A stretch of 64,000 nt of DNA from an uncultured delta proteobacterium (GTDB taxonomy: Bacteria; Desulfobacterota; Desulfobacteria; Desulfobacterales; JAHEIW01): the NCBI GenBank assembly GCA_963706575.1, contig CAVPNL010000003.1:288001-352000 (forward strand). The letters are read 5' to 3'. How positions within the stretch are numbered: the first letter of the stretch is position 1; each line of letters begins with the position of its first letter. Below the pieces are notes generated by a model, which worked only from the letters and a program-made list of their open reading frames with translations, was not told the origin of the DNA and did not search any database. Made by a program: the position numbers and the translations under genes. This document shows, piece by piece, positions 23,490 through 34,094 of the stretch.

Positions 23490-25466
23490 TCACTTATTGT
23501 TAGAAAAGGGGGTAATCTTTTCTAAATCCATTGCGACATCGCCAAGATTTAGTTTTTGCAGTGTTTTAATAGTTGGAAATCCTGTTCGAATATCCCAGCC
23601 CATGCCTTTATAATAATCATCCTTCATCTTTTCAAATTTATTAATATCCAATTCATCATCCGGCCAGGTTCCGGGTAACTTTCTATTAAACAAGCGTTTT
23701 GGCAATGTATCATGATCCCTGCTGATGCCCTCTCTAATAACAAAAGCCCTTTCTTGGGCTGCTACTCTCGAAGAAGCTTCTAAAAGATCATCAATGCTTA
23801 TTTTACATCCTTGGCCCGCGGAAATTACTTCTGACTGAAATTCAATACCTAATCCCATATTTAACATGATTGTATTCCATCTGCATTGTCCCAACATATC
23901 ACTAACGGCACTCAATTTATGTGCTAATGCAGCCAAGCCTCCTCTTCCAGTATAATCGAATTGTCCAATTGAGATATTTTCTAAAAAATTCTCGGCTTCT
24001 TTTACCGCTTCTTTTACTATGGACATAGCCTTTTTGCCTTCCCAACTGTTCGGGTTGGCTAAACTGGTCATACCTGAACCTTTGTTTATACCTAACTTAT
24101 CGAATGATGCATAACGACTTCGAAATTCATCCCCGCCTCTAGGATTAACTGCAGAACCGATAGCTCTTGATCGCCAATTAATGACATTCGTGCCGCCCAT
24201 AGTTAATCCTTTTATATTCAGAGCTTCCTTAGGATTACCACCCACCTTATCTTTAGCTTCTTGAACAGAAGAGCCCAAAATTTCGCCGAATCCCTCCTTC
24301 TTACAAATTTTATCCATCATTATATTTATTGCGGTTCCATCACCCCAATTAAGTTCAATTCCGTCTAAATCCCGCTTTGTAATTTTCCCATTCTCATAAA
24401 GTTCCATTGCCCATGCCAGCATTCTTGCTGCAGTGATTACATCAAGTCCCATTTTCTGGCACTTTAGAGAAAATTCGTACCATGACCTAAAATTTGAGTC
24501 TTTTAACACCCACATGGTGGCCTGGTAAAAGTTACAGTTTGCCATTAACGGACCAAAATCAGGAATGTCATAATGATCAACACATCTGACCTGGCAGTTG
24601 AAACAACCAATTTTCCCGTCACCAACGCTGCTCTTATGCTTTTGCCAGAATGGCTCATGTCCATTCTTTAATTCTTTCTGCTTTTCCCATTCACTTGACT
24701 CATAATTTCCTAAAACATTTGCCCATGCTCCACCTTCGTTTTCTACTACCGGCTTTGTCTCGGCTCCAGATATCAGCGGTTTCTGTTTTTCTAAAGCTTG
24801 AAGGCACAGTTCTAAGAATCTACTGGAATCAAAAATAGAAATCCCTTTCGTTCCTCTAACTGCTAAAGCCTTAAGATTTTTTGATCCCATGACAGCCCCC
24901 ATTCCGGTTCTGCCGGCAGAATTTCCTAATCTACTTTGAATCGTTGCATAAACAACTTGGTTCTCACCAGCAGGGCCAATGCAAGCCACTTGTATATCAG
25001 GATCGGATAATGAATTTCTAATGGCTCCAGGAGTTTGGTAGCAATCCATGCCCCATAAATCTTGGGCGCTTCTTATTTGTATATCATCATTATCAATAGC
25101 AATATATACTGGCTCCTTTGATTTTCCCTCAACGACTAAACTATCAAAGCCCGCGTACTTAAGTTCTGGTCCCCAAAATCCTCCCATACTCGACATTCCG
25201 AGTAGCCCATTAGCAGGCGACTTAGCAGCAATTTCGGTACGACCTGACCCAGGTACCATAGTTCCTGTCAAAGGGCCAACGCTGAAAATTAGTTTGTTTT
25301 CAGGATCTAATGGTTTTATGTCGGGTGTTAGTTCCTTATACATAATACGTGAATTAAAACCTCGACCACCGATCCATTGCGAAACATATTTTGAGCTTGG
25401 CTCCATAGTTATCTTTTTTGATGTCAAGTTGACCCTAAGAATATTTCCGCCACGCAAATAACTCAT
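23490..25466 (-). CDS. Aldehyde:ferredoxin oxidoreductase family (tungsten) enzyme
   Basis: GGRG, GPLTGT, IGPAGEN, GRTGMGAVMGSKNLKA, GCFNC..RC, MGLD. Confidence 0.9.
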   Translation of the reverse strand: MSYLRGGNILRVNLTSKKITMEPSSKYVSQWIGGRGFNSRIMYKELTPDIKPLDPENKLIFSVGPLTGTMVPGSGRTEIAAKSPANGLLGMSSMGGFWGPELKYAGFDSLVVEGKSKEPVYIAIDNDDIQIRSAQDLWGMDCYQTPGAIRNSLSDPDIQVACIGPAGENQVVYATIQSRLGNSAGRTGMGAVMGSKNLKALAVRGTKGISIFDSSRFLELCLQALEKQKPLISGAETKPVVENEGGAWANVLGNYESSEWEKQKELKNGHEPFWQKHKSSVGDGKIGCFNCQVRCVDHYDIPDFGPLMANCNFYQATMWVLKDSNFRSWYEFSLKCQKMGLDVITAARMLAWAMELYENGKITKRDLDGIELNWGDGTAINIMMDKICKKEGFGEILGSSVQEAKDKVGGNPKEALNIKGLTMGGTNVINWRSRAIGSAVNPRGGDEFRSRYASFDKLGINKGSGMTSLANPNSWEGKKAMSIVKEAVKEAENFLENISIGQFDYTGRGGLAALAHKLSAVSDMLGQCRWNTIMLNMGLGIEFQSEVISAGQGCKISIDDLLEASSRVAAQERAFVIREGISRDHDTLPKRLFNRKLPGTWPDDELDINKFEKMKDDYYKGMGWDIRTGFPTIKTLQKLNLGDVAMDLEKITPFSNNK

Positions 25467-26224
25467 TGTAATTTCCTCTCTTCGTCCAAAATTAATCGAG
25501 CAATTTTCAGCAAAGATAATTCATTGAACCTCAACTTTTCATTAATCATAATAAATTTAGGAGTCGGAAAATTTTTTATTTTTTGACAAGTAATGAATTG
25601 ATGCATTTGTACCGTTAATGAGAATATTTCATCACTATTCCATATTCATCTTGGGATGCAATACACAGGCCTCTTCAGAGCTCCAGACTACTTGCCATAG
25701 TCCTCAAAACGTCCGATTGTATTATCCATATGCAAATTATCACAGTTTTGCAAGATGTCAAAATGCAGGATGCGTGCATGAAGCTAATTTTATGAAGTGT
25801 TCGAATAATTTGAGATTAGAGTAAGGAAGGTGAATTTTTACAAAAGGTTAGATGTATAGCCGTTATATAAAATCGAACATATTTTTATATTATATTTTGT
25901 TTTATTAATTGCTCTAAAAAAGCCAAATAGCTTTTCCAAGTAAAAATTACCGATTAACAGAAAGAAAAAACACTAATTTACCTCAATAAAGCGCCGAAAT
26001 GGTTTTGGCTTAACATCACTGCCCTTATGGGGAAACAGCTATAAGGATTGGGGCTTTGCAAATAGGTTGGATATCTGCTACATATTGAATCTGTCATTAT
26101 CAGTAATTTCACAAGTCCTTTACTTCTTGGGATATTCCTTTTATCTTACTTTACCTCCAGGGATCATTGACAAAATTATCCAAATTTTTCCTAAGTAATC
26201 GTACGAAGTTGATGAGGACCAACT

Positions 26225-28246
26225 ATGTGGAAACGCGCTGTTTGCACTAAGGATTGTCCGGACACATGCGGTCTGTTGGCCGAGGTCAAGGACGGGCGGA
26301 TCGTAACCGTCAAGGGTGACCCGGATCACCCGTTCACTGACGGCTTTATCTGCAAGAAAGCCAGCCACTTTCCCGAACACGTCCACTCGCCAAAACGCAT
26401 CACCACCCCGCTCAGGCGGACCGGCCCCAAAGGTGCCGGCAAATTCGAACCGATCGATTGGGGCAAGGCCTTGGATGAAGTGGCCTCCTGGATCAAGTCC
26501 GTCTCCTCTGAATTCGGCCCTGAGGCCATCCTGCCATACTCCTATGGTGGACACATGGGCTTAGTCCACCGCAACGCTGGTCACGCCTTTTTCAATCGAT
26601 TGGGAGCCAGCTGCCTGAAGTACACCATCTGCAGTCCGGCGGCCACGGCCGGATACGAAGCCAGTCTGGGTAGTGGACCCAGCACCGAAATCCAATCGGT
26701 TTCCCAGTCAGATTACATAATTATTTGGGGCAGTAACACCCTGACCACCAACGTTCATGCCTGGCCCCATTTTAACATGGCCCGGAAGACCGGGGCTAAG
26801 CTAGTGGTCATCGATCCCTACCGCAATCGGACGGCCAAACGGGCCGATGTGCACCTGATGGTCAAACCTGGCACCGATGCCGCCCTGGCCCTTGCCATGA
26901 TACAGGTGCTGATTGACCGTGATCTGATCGATCGCGATTTCATCGCCCACAAAACAGTGGGCTTTGAGGAATTGAAGGTCAGGGCTGCAAAGTACACCCC
27001 GGCCCGGGCGGCCGATATCTGTGGTTTGTCCGAGGAGATGATAACCCGATTGGCCGAGGATTATGGACGGGCCAGGGCACCTTACATCCGAACCGGATGG
27101 GGGCCGGCCCGCCAGCTAAAAGGGGCCATGGCGATGCGGACCATCGCCCTGTTGCCCGCCCTGGTTGGAGCTTTTGATAAGCCGGGTGGAGGGATCACCC
27201 GCATGTTGGGTGGTGCGCCCAGCGACCTGAGGCGTTTGACACGATCGGATTTGCGTCCGCCCAGCACGCGGACTGTCAACATGGTTGAACTGGGGAACGC
27301 TCTGACCAGACTGGATGATCCGCCAATCAAACTGCTTTACGTCTATCTGTCCAACCCGGCCGTGGTGGCTCCGCAGTCCCGCGAGGTATTGACCGGATTG
27401 GCTCGTGAAGACCTGTTCGTAGTTGTTCAGGAGATGTTCCCAACCGACACTACCAGCTACGCCGATATCGTTCTGCCTGGGGCCAGTTTTCTAGAGGCCA
27501 CTGATCTTTACCGGGCCTATGGCCACAATTATATCCAAATGGCACAACCGGTCATTCCACCAGTGGGACAGAGCCGCTCCACCCTGACCATCTTCCAAGA
27601 TCTGGCGGCTCGTATCGGTTTTAAAGACGACGTCTTTTCCCTTCACGAGATGGACTTCATTGAAGGTTTTTTAAGTGAAGAGTCTCCCTATCTGGAGGGG
27701 GTCGATTTTGAGGCTTTAAAGTCCGGCCGGCCGGTGAGGCTAAACATACCGTCCAACCCTTATGCCGATGGATTCTCCACACCGTCAGGCAAAGTGGAAT
27801 TCTACTCGCAGGCGATGGCCGATCAGGGTCTCGATCCCCTTCCCGACGGTCAGCCGTTAAGGGATCCAAATGGCGGGGGTAGCTACAGCCTGGAATTCAT
27901 AACCCCACCCCACCATTTCTTCCTCAACTCGGCCTTCAACGAGATAGACAGACTAAGGGAAAGAGCTGGTCGGGCCCGGGTGATGATCCATCCCGAAACC
28001 GCCCGAATCAGGGGTATAGCCGACGGCGATCCAGTGAGGGTGTTCAATAACCGTGGAGAGTGCAGCTTTCTGGCCCAGGTGACCGATGACACCCAGGCCG
28101 GGCTTTTAGTGGCCGAGGGCCTGCACTGGCCCAGCCTTTCGCCCGGCGGCGGCGCTAACCAACTGACCAGTCAGCGGCTCACCGACATGGGTGAGACCTG
28201 TGCCTTCCATTGCAACTTGGTTGAAGTTCAACCACAGGGTAATTAA
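26225..28246 (+). CDS. Molybdopterin (bis-MGD) oxidoreductase family protein
   Basis: CTKDCPDTC..C, WGSN, VIDP, ADIVLP, C-terminal Mo-binding domain. Confidence 0.9.
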   Translation: MWKRAVCTKDCPDTCGLLAEVKDGRIVTVKGDPDHPFTDGFICKKASHFPEHVHSPKRITTPLRRTGPKGAGKFEPIDWGKALDEVASWIKSVSSEFGPEAILPYSYGGHMGLVHRNAGHAFFNRLGASCLKYTICSPAATAGYEASLGSGPSTEIQSVSQSDYIIIWGSNTLTTNVHAWPHFNMARKTGAKLVVIDPYRNRTAKRADVHLMVKPGTDAALALAMIQVLIDRDLIDRDFIAHKTVGFEELKVRAAKYTPARAADICGLSEEMITRLAEDYGRARAPYIRTGWGPARQLKGAMAMRTIALLPALVGAFDKPGGGITRMLGGAPSDLRRLTRSDLRPPSTRTVNMVELGNALTRLDDPPIKLLYVYLSNPAVVAPQSREVLTGLAREDLFVVVQEMFPTDTTSYADIVLPGASFLEATDLYRAYGHNYIQMAQPVIPPVGQSRSTLTIFQDLAARIGFKDDVFSLHEMDFIEGFLSEESPYLEGVDFEALKSGRPVRLNIPSNPYADGFSTPSGKVEFYSQAMADQGLDPLPDGQPLRDPNGGGSYSLEFITPPHHFFLNSAFNEIDRLRERAGRARVMIHPETARIRGIADGDPVRVFNNRGECSFLAQVTDDTQAGLLVAEGLHWPSLSPGGGANQLTSQRLTDMGETCAFHCNLVEVQPQGN

Positions 28247-28658
28247 GATACCAACAAATCAACCGGTATTCATAATTTTGGTCAGCTCAGACATCAACAG
28301 TGCACCCTAAGTGCCGGAGCACCAGACTGGATAATGCATTAGCTAAAGTAATCAATTACGGATAGAGATGTTGTATGGAGAATTTAGCACTTTGATATGA
28401 TAAAAATCACAATAATTGATTATTAGATCGGATTCTATAGATTAATCGGGACAAAACTAAGAGTGAAAAGCTTTTATTGGTTGAACTACTGGAATAGATG
28501 AAAAGAATATCAAAAAATATGGTGGTCTCATGTTGTATTAAGTCAATAATAAGGGAGCCTTCACAGCAGGTATCTGACCACCCTTTCCTTGGCAAGTGTC
28601 AAGACAAGTTCGTTTTCTCTCAATTTGTCAGTGTCTTATAATATTTGATTTTTTGCTA

Positions 28659-28868
28659 TTAATCCTGAACATGGGATGTATCATTCAATTTAAGCAATTT
28701 CTTCCTTGTTTTCTCTGGAAGATCATTTAATTCAATATAGGGCTGATCCCCCCAGCCAAGAACTTCAACGGATTTTCCATCAGTCTTGGCCCAAACAAGA
28801 CCTAAACTTGGGAGAGGAATTTTGGTGTATTCAGGGCTAAAGTCTCCAAATCGCTTCGGCTTAAACAT
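28659..28868 (-). CDS. Small hypothetical protein downstream of acs
   Basis: 69-aa ORF, purine-rich RBS, 24 bp after the acs stop. Confidence 0.55.
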   Translation of the reverse strand: MFKPKRFGDFSPEYTKIPLPSLGLVWAKTDGKSVEVLGWGDQPYIELNDLPEKTRKKLLKLNDTSHVQD

Positions 28869-28892
28869 GGTATTCCCTTCTTAGTACGCTTA

Positions 28893-30929
28893 CTATTTGT
28901 CTGTGACCAAATGTTTGATATCATCAACAATGTCGGGATTTGCCAATGAGGTTACATCTCCAACGTCCCTTTTATTCGATAGGTCACCGAGAACCCGTCG
29001 CATAATCTTTCCGGACCTTGTCTTCGGCATATCTTTTACGATCCATATTTTTCTCGGTTTTGCGATTTTTCCGATTGCGTCACAGACGATATCCGAAATT
29101 CTGTTAGCTAATTCATCGCTGGCCTCGAATCCAGGTTTTAAAGCAACGTACAAATCCGGTACCTTTCCCTTGATTTCGTGAGCTACAGGCACCACCGCCG
29201 CTTCTGCTACCTCCGGGACAACCAGCGCGGCCGATTCGATTTCTTTGGTTCCAAGCCGGTGTCCGGAAACATTGATGACGTCGTCAACTCGTCCTAAGAT
29301 GCGATAATATCCATCTTCGGTCTCCACTGCAGCATCACCGGCAAAATACGGCCAATCGCGCCAATCCTTGCTTTTCATGTTTTTGCAGTATTTTTTATAA
29401 TATTGAGCTATATAGCGATGGCGGTCACCCCATATGGTCTGAAAAGCACCTGGCCACGGGTTTTGAATGCAAATATTCCCAGCCTTGCCGGATCCTCTCT
29501 CAACGATATTGCCCTCTTCATCATAGATGATCGGATGAATTCCTGGCATTCCCGGACCGGCACTGCCGGGTTTCATGGGGGTTACGGCCGGAATCGTGCT
29601 GCACAAGAAACCCCCGTTTTCCGTCTGCCACCAGGTATCGACGATGGCCGCCTTGCCCTTGCCTACGACCTCGTAGTACCATTTCCAAACTTCCGGTTCG
29701 ATAGGTTCGCCGACGGTGGTCATGTGCTTGAATTTATAATCATACTTGACGGGTTCATCCGGGCCGATTTTGCGCAGAGCCCGGATGGCGGTGGGAGCGG
29801 TGTGGAAAATGTTGACATCCAGGTTCCGGGCGATTCGCCAGGGGCGCCCCGGATCTGGAAAGTTGGGCACGCCTTCGTAGACGACCGATGACGCGCAAAG
29901 TGCCAGAGGACCGTAAACAATATATGAATGTCCGGTAATCCAACCGATGTCGGCCATACACCAGTATACGTCCTCCGGGTGGATGTCCTGCACGTATTTG
30001 GATGTGCCGGCAACATAAGCGAGGTAACCACCGGTGCCGTGCTGGCAGCCTTTCGGTTTACCGGTTGTACCGCTGGTGTACATCAAAAACAGCGGGGCTT
30101 CAGCGGGCATGGGAACCGGATCGATGCGTTGACCATAGTAGTTTTTTAGAACGTCGTTTACAAAATAATCTCGACCTTTCACCATGGGTGTCTCGCTTGA
30201 ACTTTTCCCCGGATAACGCTGCCAGACAAGCACCTTATCCACTTTCTGGCCGTCCTTCTCAGCCAGCTCAACAGCAATATCTGCGTTTTCTTTGTGATTC
30301 AGCAGATTCCCGGCTCTGTAATAGGCATCCGTTGTGATGAGGACGTTACTACCGGAATCAACGATTCGATCAGCACACGCCCTCCCGCTGAATCCACCGA
30401 ACACCTCAGAATGGATAACTCCGAGACGGGCGCAAGCCAGCATGGTGATGGGAAGCTCGGCGACCATCGGCATGTGGAGAGTTACTCGATCTCCGGCTTT
30501 TAACCCCGCAAAATCCCTTAACAATGCCGCAAACTCATTTACCCGGACATAAAGTTCCTGATAAGTGATATGTTCGACTTTTTCTTCTTCGGGTTCGGGA
30601 ACAAAATGGATAGCCGTCTTGTTTTTGTTCTTGGCCAAATGACGATCCACACAATTATAACTGGCGTTGATCTTGCCCCCGACAAACCATTTCCAGCAGG
30701 GTGCATCGCTGGTATCAAGGATAGTATGCCAGTACTCATACCAGTCGAGAAGATCCGCATACTCCTTGAAACAATTGGGAAAGTTGTCCAGGCTGAATCG
30801 TTCAAAGATCCCGGGATCGGTCATATTGGCCTGGGCAATAAATTCTGACGAAGGATAATAGTATTTCTCCTCTTGCCAGTGAACAGCGATTTGTGCTTCA
30901 GATGTTTCGACAACTTCTTTTTCTGCCAT
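28893..30929 (-). CDS. acs: Acetate--CoA ligase
   Basis: YTSGTTGKPKG, DIGWITGH, DTWWQTE, PKTRSGKIMRR; start MAEKEV after AAGGAG. Confidence 0.95.
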   Translation of the reverse strand: MAEKEVVETSEAQIAVHWQEEKYYYPSSEFIAQANMTDPGIFERFSLDNFPNCFKEYADLLDWYEYWHTILDTSDAPCWKWFVGGKINASYNCVDRHLAKNKNKTAIHFVPEPEEEKVEHITYQELYVRVNEFAALLRDFAGLKAGDRVTLHMPMVAELPITMLACARLGVIHSEVFGGFSGRACADRIVDSGSNVLITTDAYYRAGNLLNHKENADIAVELAEKDGQKVDKVLVWQRYPGKSSSETPMVKGRDYFVNDVLKNYYGQRIDPVPMPAEAPLFLMYTSGTTGKPKGCQHGTGGYLAYVAGTSKYVQDIHPEDVYWCMADIGWITGHSYIVYGPLALCASSVVYEGVPNFPDPGRPWRIARNLDVNIFHTAPTAIRALRKIGPDEPVKYDYKFKHMTTVGEPIEPEVWKWYYEVVGKGKAAIVDTWWQTENGGFLCSTIPAVTPMKPGSAGPGMPGIHPIIYDEEGNIVERGSGKAGNICIQNPWPGAFQTIWGDRHRYIAQYYKKYCKNMKSKDWRDWPYFAGDAAVETEDGYYRILGRVDDVINVSGHRLGTKEIESAALVVPEVAEAAVVPVAHEIKGKVPDLYVALKPGFEASDELANRISDIVCDAIGKIAKPRKIWIVKDMPKTRSGKIMRRVLGDLSNKRDVGDVTSLANPDIVDDIKHLVTDK

Positions 30930-31122
30930 GAGTGCGCTCTCCTTGACTTGTAATCGCGTTGTTAATGAAGCCTGTAAAACCTTACTTTGTATTATAATTT
31001 TGACTCGAACCACATGCTAAAAAATAAATTAAGTGTCAATGCCGTTTCATTAAACGTTTTATAAGGCCAAAAACTTAGCAAACGAGTCAAGTTTCAATAT
31101 ATTGTGGTACAAAAAACAAACA

Positions 31123-31204
31123 GATACTGGATCCCGGTTTCTGGATACTGGATAAAATAAGGAATGCTTTCTTCTTATCTACCCAGCATCGAGCATCCGG
31201 CATC
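31123..31204. repeat. Family-E heptamer hairpin element (GATACTG .. CAGCATC)
   Basis: Inverted tandem arms. Confidence 0.75.
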
Positions 31205-31490
31205 GCTTCGCCTCACCAACGGAATATGATTCTCAGCAACTCGTCGGTTTGAGGCGAAGCTTCGCTATCAAATGGGTTTGTAGACGGTAGGTATAGTGAA
31301 ATTGTTTTAGTTTTATTCTGTGCTTACGCTGATGTTTTCTTCCGGGGCGAACTCGTTCGGTGGTTTGAGCATATATTTTTTGCCATTTGTTCGGTGCTCA
31401 CCGGACAGCAGCAGTTGTTCATTACCAACCAGCATGCCACCAAGGAAGTGCGTGATATCCTGACAAAAGGCCCAAAGGAGCAAGCAACTG

Positions 31491-31679
31491 ATAACAGCTT
31501 ATATAGCTGCGATGACGGATGAGGTATTTCTGGCTGATACCAAAACGTAATACGCCGTAATCCGTAATCTGAAAATCATCGGCGAGGCTACCAAAAACCT
31601 GTCCGCTGAATTGCGGGCCAAGTATCCCGACCTCCCCTGGAGAAGTATGGCAGCGGTCAGGGATAGGTTAATTCATAAT
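31491..31679 (+). pseudogene. HepT/DUF86 toxin remnant
   Basis: ITAYIAAMTDEVFLADTKT*YAVIRNLKIIGEATKNLSAELRAKYPDLPWRSMAAVRDRLIH (RxxxxH motif), internal stop, truncated. Confidence 0.8.
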
Positions 31680-32092
31680 TGCAGAAGGAGCGGCTAACTC
31701 TTCGCTGCACCGGATCTTGCTGTCGGGCCTGGAATCGGCGGTCGCAGGCCCTTTGAAGTGACGAAACAGGATAACATCGACTAGCAAGGTCATTGACCCC
31801 ATAGAAGATACGCCGTCCGTTTTGCCCGAAGATCCTTCCACCGGACCCTTGCCATCGTGGGGACTATGCTATCGGATCTTACGGTTCCGTGAGGCAACGA
31901 TAATAATGTTGCGAGGCCGGCGAGTTTGGCCCGAATTCAATTTTCTGTGACGACTATTTCAAAAATATTTGGACACAAATACGCTCCGCTAGAAAAGATG
32001 AATTACCAAAAATCTCGTTGATCTCGATACAGGCCTCTTTTTCCTGGTCTGGAACCATCACGTAACTTTTGAACAACCTCTACTTTTAAGGA

Positions 32093-32587
32093 CTACCACC
32101 ACACCCACACTCCCATAAGCGTGGTGACGGATCCCAAAAGGCACCAAACGCCATTAATTAGGGTCCACCAAGCTGTTATTGTGCCAATATTTCTTCCTAG
32201 GGCAAGCAGTAAGAAAAACATGAACCATAAGGTCGCCCACATAAACCACAGCAGGGCCAAAAGAGGAGTAGCAAGAGAAAGCAATCCCGCCGGAATTGCT
32301 ATCAAGGATACAGGCAGGCAGTACCATCCCAACCCCTTCACATCTAAGTCCCAGATTTGAGTGGCCGCCACATACAAATAGGTAAATGCGAACAAACATG
32401 TTAATGCGGCGCCGAAAAACTCACCCGATCCTTCGCCGGTAAAGATTATCCTAAAAACGCCTCCTAACTGCAGTGCCGCGACAAAAATGTTCATCGGGAT
32501 CACGGCTTTATTGGACATTAAGCCCAGCATCCAAATTGCATTGATGATGAGGACAAAACCGACATACCATAAGCCAAGACCTAACAT
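32093..32587 (-). CDS. AmiS/UreI family amide channel (copy 2)
   Basis: MLGLGLWYVGFVL..N, LFAFTYLY, GLGWYC, W..WA.LWF. Confidence 0.9.
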   Translation of the reverse strand: MLGLGLWYVGFVLIINAIWMLGLMSNKAVIPMNIFVAALQLGGVFRIIFTGEGSGEFFGAALTCLFAFTYLYVAATQIWDLDVKGLGWYCLPVSLIAIPAGLLSLATPLLALLWFMWATLWFMFFLLLALGRNIGTITAWWTLINGVWCLLGSVTTLMGVWVWW

Positions 32588-32689
32588 AATTACCCTCCCT
32601 TTTTCCTAATTGGTCAAAATGTTGTAAACCTTTCTACAAGGGCCAAGATTATAGCACTTTCTTACCTCCTTCCACATACCAAAAAATAA

Positions 32690-33795
32690 CGGTTCTATAA
32701 CCTAAAAAAAGGCTGCAAATTGTCCTGATGTGACAAAATAGTTTGGTAATATCTCCTCAAAAAAAGGAGGAGATATTATGAATATCGATCAACTCAGAGC
32801 AAAATTTCCAAATGAAAACGTTTGTAGACAATTTTTCGAATCAATCATCTGGCGACATGGACGCATTTGTCTACACTGCCAATGCCAAAAATCTTATCGC
32901 ATCTGTGGCGCCAGTTCCCGGCTAGGTCTTTACGAATGTGGGCAATGTAAACGCCAATTTACCGTCACCACCAAAACTCCAATGCACAGCACCAAGCTGC
33001 CGTTATGGAAGTGGCTGTTAGCGATGTATTATATGATCAATTCAAGCAAAGGCATATCCTCGGTATTTTTGGCCAAATGGGTTGGCATCTCTCAAAAAAG
33101 CGCCTGGAAACTGGGTCATGCGGTGAGCGAGATGATGGACCCCGCTGCTGAGATCCTGCCGGCACTTAACGGTATGGTTGAGCTGGATGAAAAATACGTT
33201 GGTGGCAAACCCCGTTATCAACAAGGAATTAAACACAAACGCGGCAAAGGCACCGACAAGCAATGAGTATTGGTGGCCGTTGAACGCAATGGCCCGGTTC
33301 GGGCTGTACCGGTGGCTAGTGACAAAATCTCTGAGCTTTTCCCGCAGGTGGAGCGCTTTGTTGATAAGGATGCGTATCTGATCACTGATGAAAACCGCGC
33401 CTATCGATCCATTGGCAAGCAGTTTGCCGCTCATGATTGGGTTAACCACAGCCACAAAGAGTATGCACGCGGCAATATTCATAACAATACCGCCGAATCC
33501 TTTAGCGCTATTTTGGAACGCGCTAAACAGGGGGTGTTTCATTATTTGAGTAAGAAACATTTATCCCGTTACCTTCACGAAATCGGTTTTCGGTGGGACC
33601 ATCGAATCCCAGAGTTAAAGCTTACAAAAAAAGGTGACCTCAAACTGGTCATGAAACCAATGTCGGTTATAATAAAGCTTAAATCACTTCTATCTCGTGC
33701 TTCCGGTAGACAGCTACGAAGATCATTAAATGACTGCATTTTGTGCCTTGAACCTGTTTGACTAAAAAGCAGCCTTTTTATTGGTTATAATTCCG
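32690..33795 (+). mobile_element. IS1595-family insertion sequence
   Basis: TIRs CGGTTCTATAACCTAAAAAAAGGCTGC / GCAGCCTTTTTATTGGTTATAATTCCG; 8-bp target duplication AAAAATAA. Confidence 0.92.
32778..33761 (+). pseudogene. IS1595 (ISXO2-like) transposase with in-frame TGA at 33264-33266
   Basis: Zn ribbon, VELDEKYVGG, LITDE, HNNTAESF. Confidence 0.85.
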
Positions 33796-34094
33796 AAAAA
33801 TAAATTAAGTGTTATATTTTCATCCGTACTTCTTAGGACTCCACATAGGAATTAACGGTGAAATTCAACTTATTAGTTCCGGCTGTGGTATTCCTAATTC
33901 CTCTTCTCACATTTTATAAGTTTTAAAAAACCCCATCCCACATATAGACAGGGCTTTTTAGACAAATTAACCCTACTAGGCAACTCATTAAATTTTATGT
34001 ATGGTATTGCAATTCCGTAATTATTGATCCACTAAATTTAGAAACGACACTTAAAAATTACGTTGTAGAATTTAATAAGTTTCCGACTACGTGG

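Noticed and set aside
25657..25672. sigma54 promoter for AOR (AGGCCTGTGTATTGCA)
   Set aside because: GG-N10-GC spacing fits, but the -24 element is poor and no supporting UAS was seen.
33264..33266. Selenocysteine in the transposase
   Set aside because: No precedent known to me and no evident SECIS; nonsense mutation or error is simpler.
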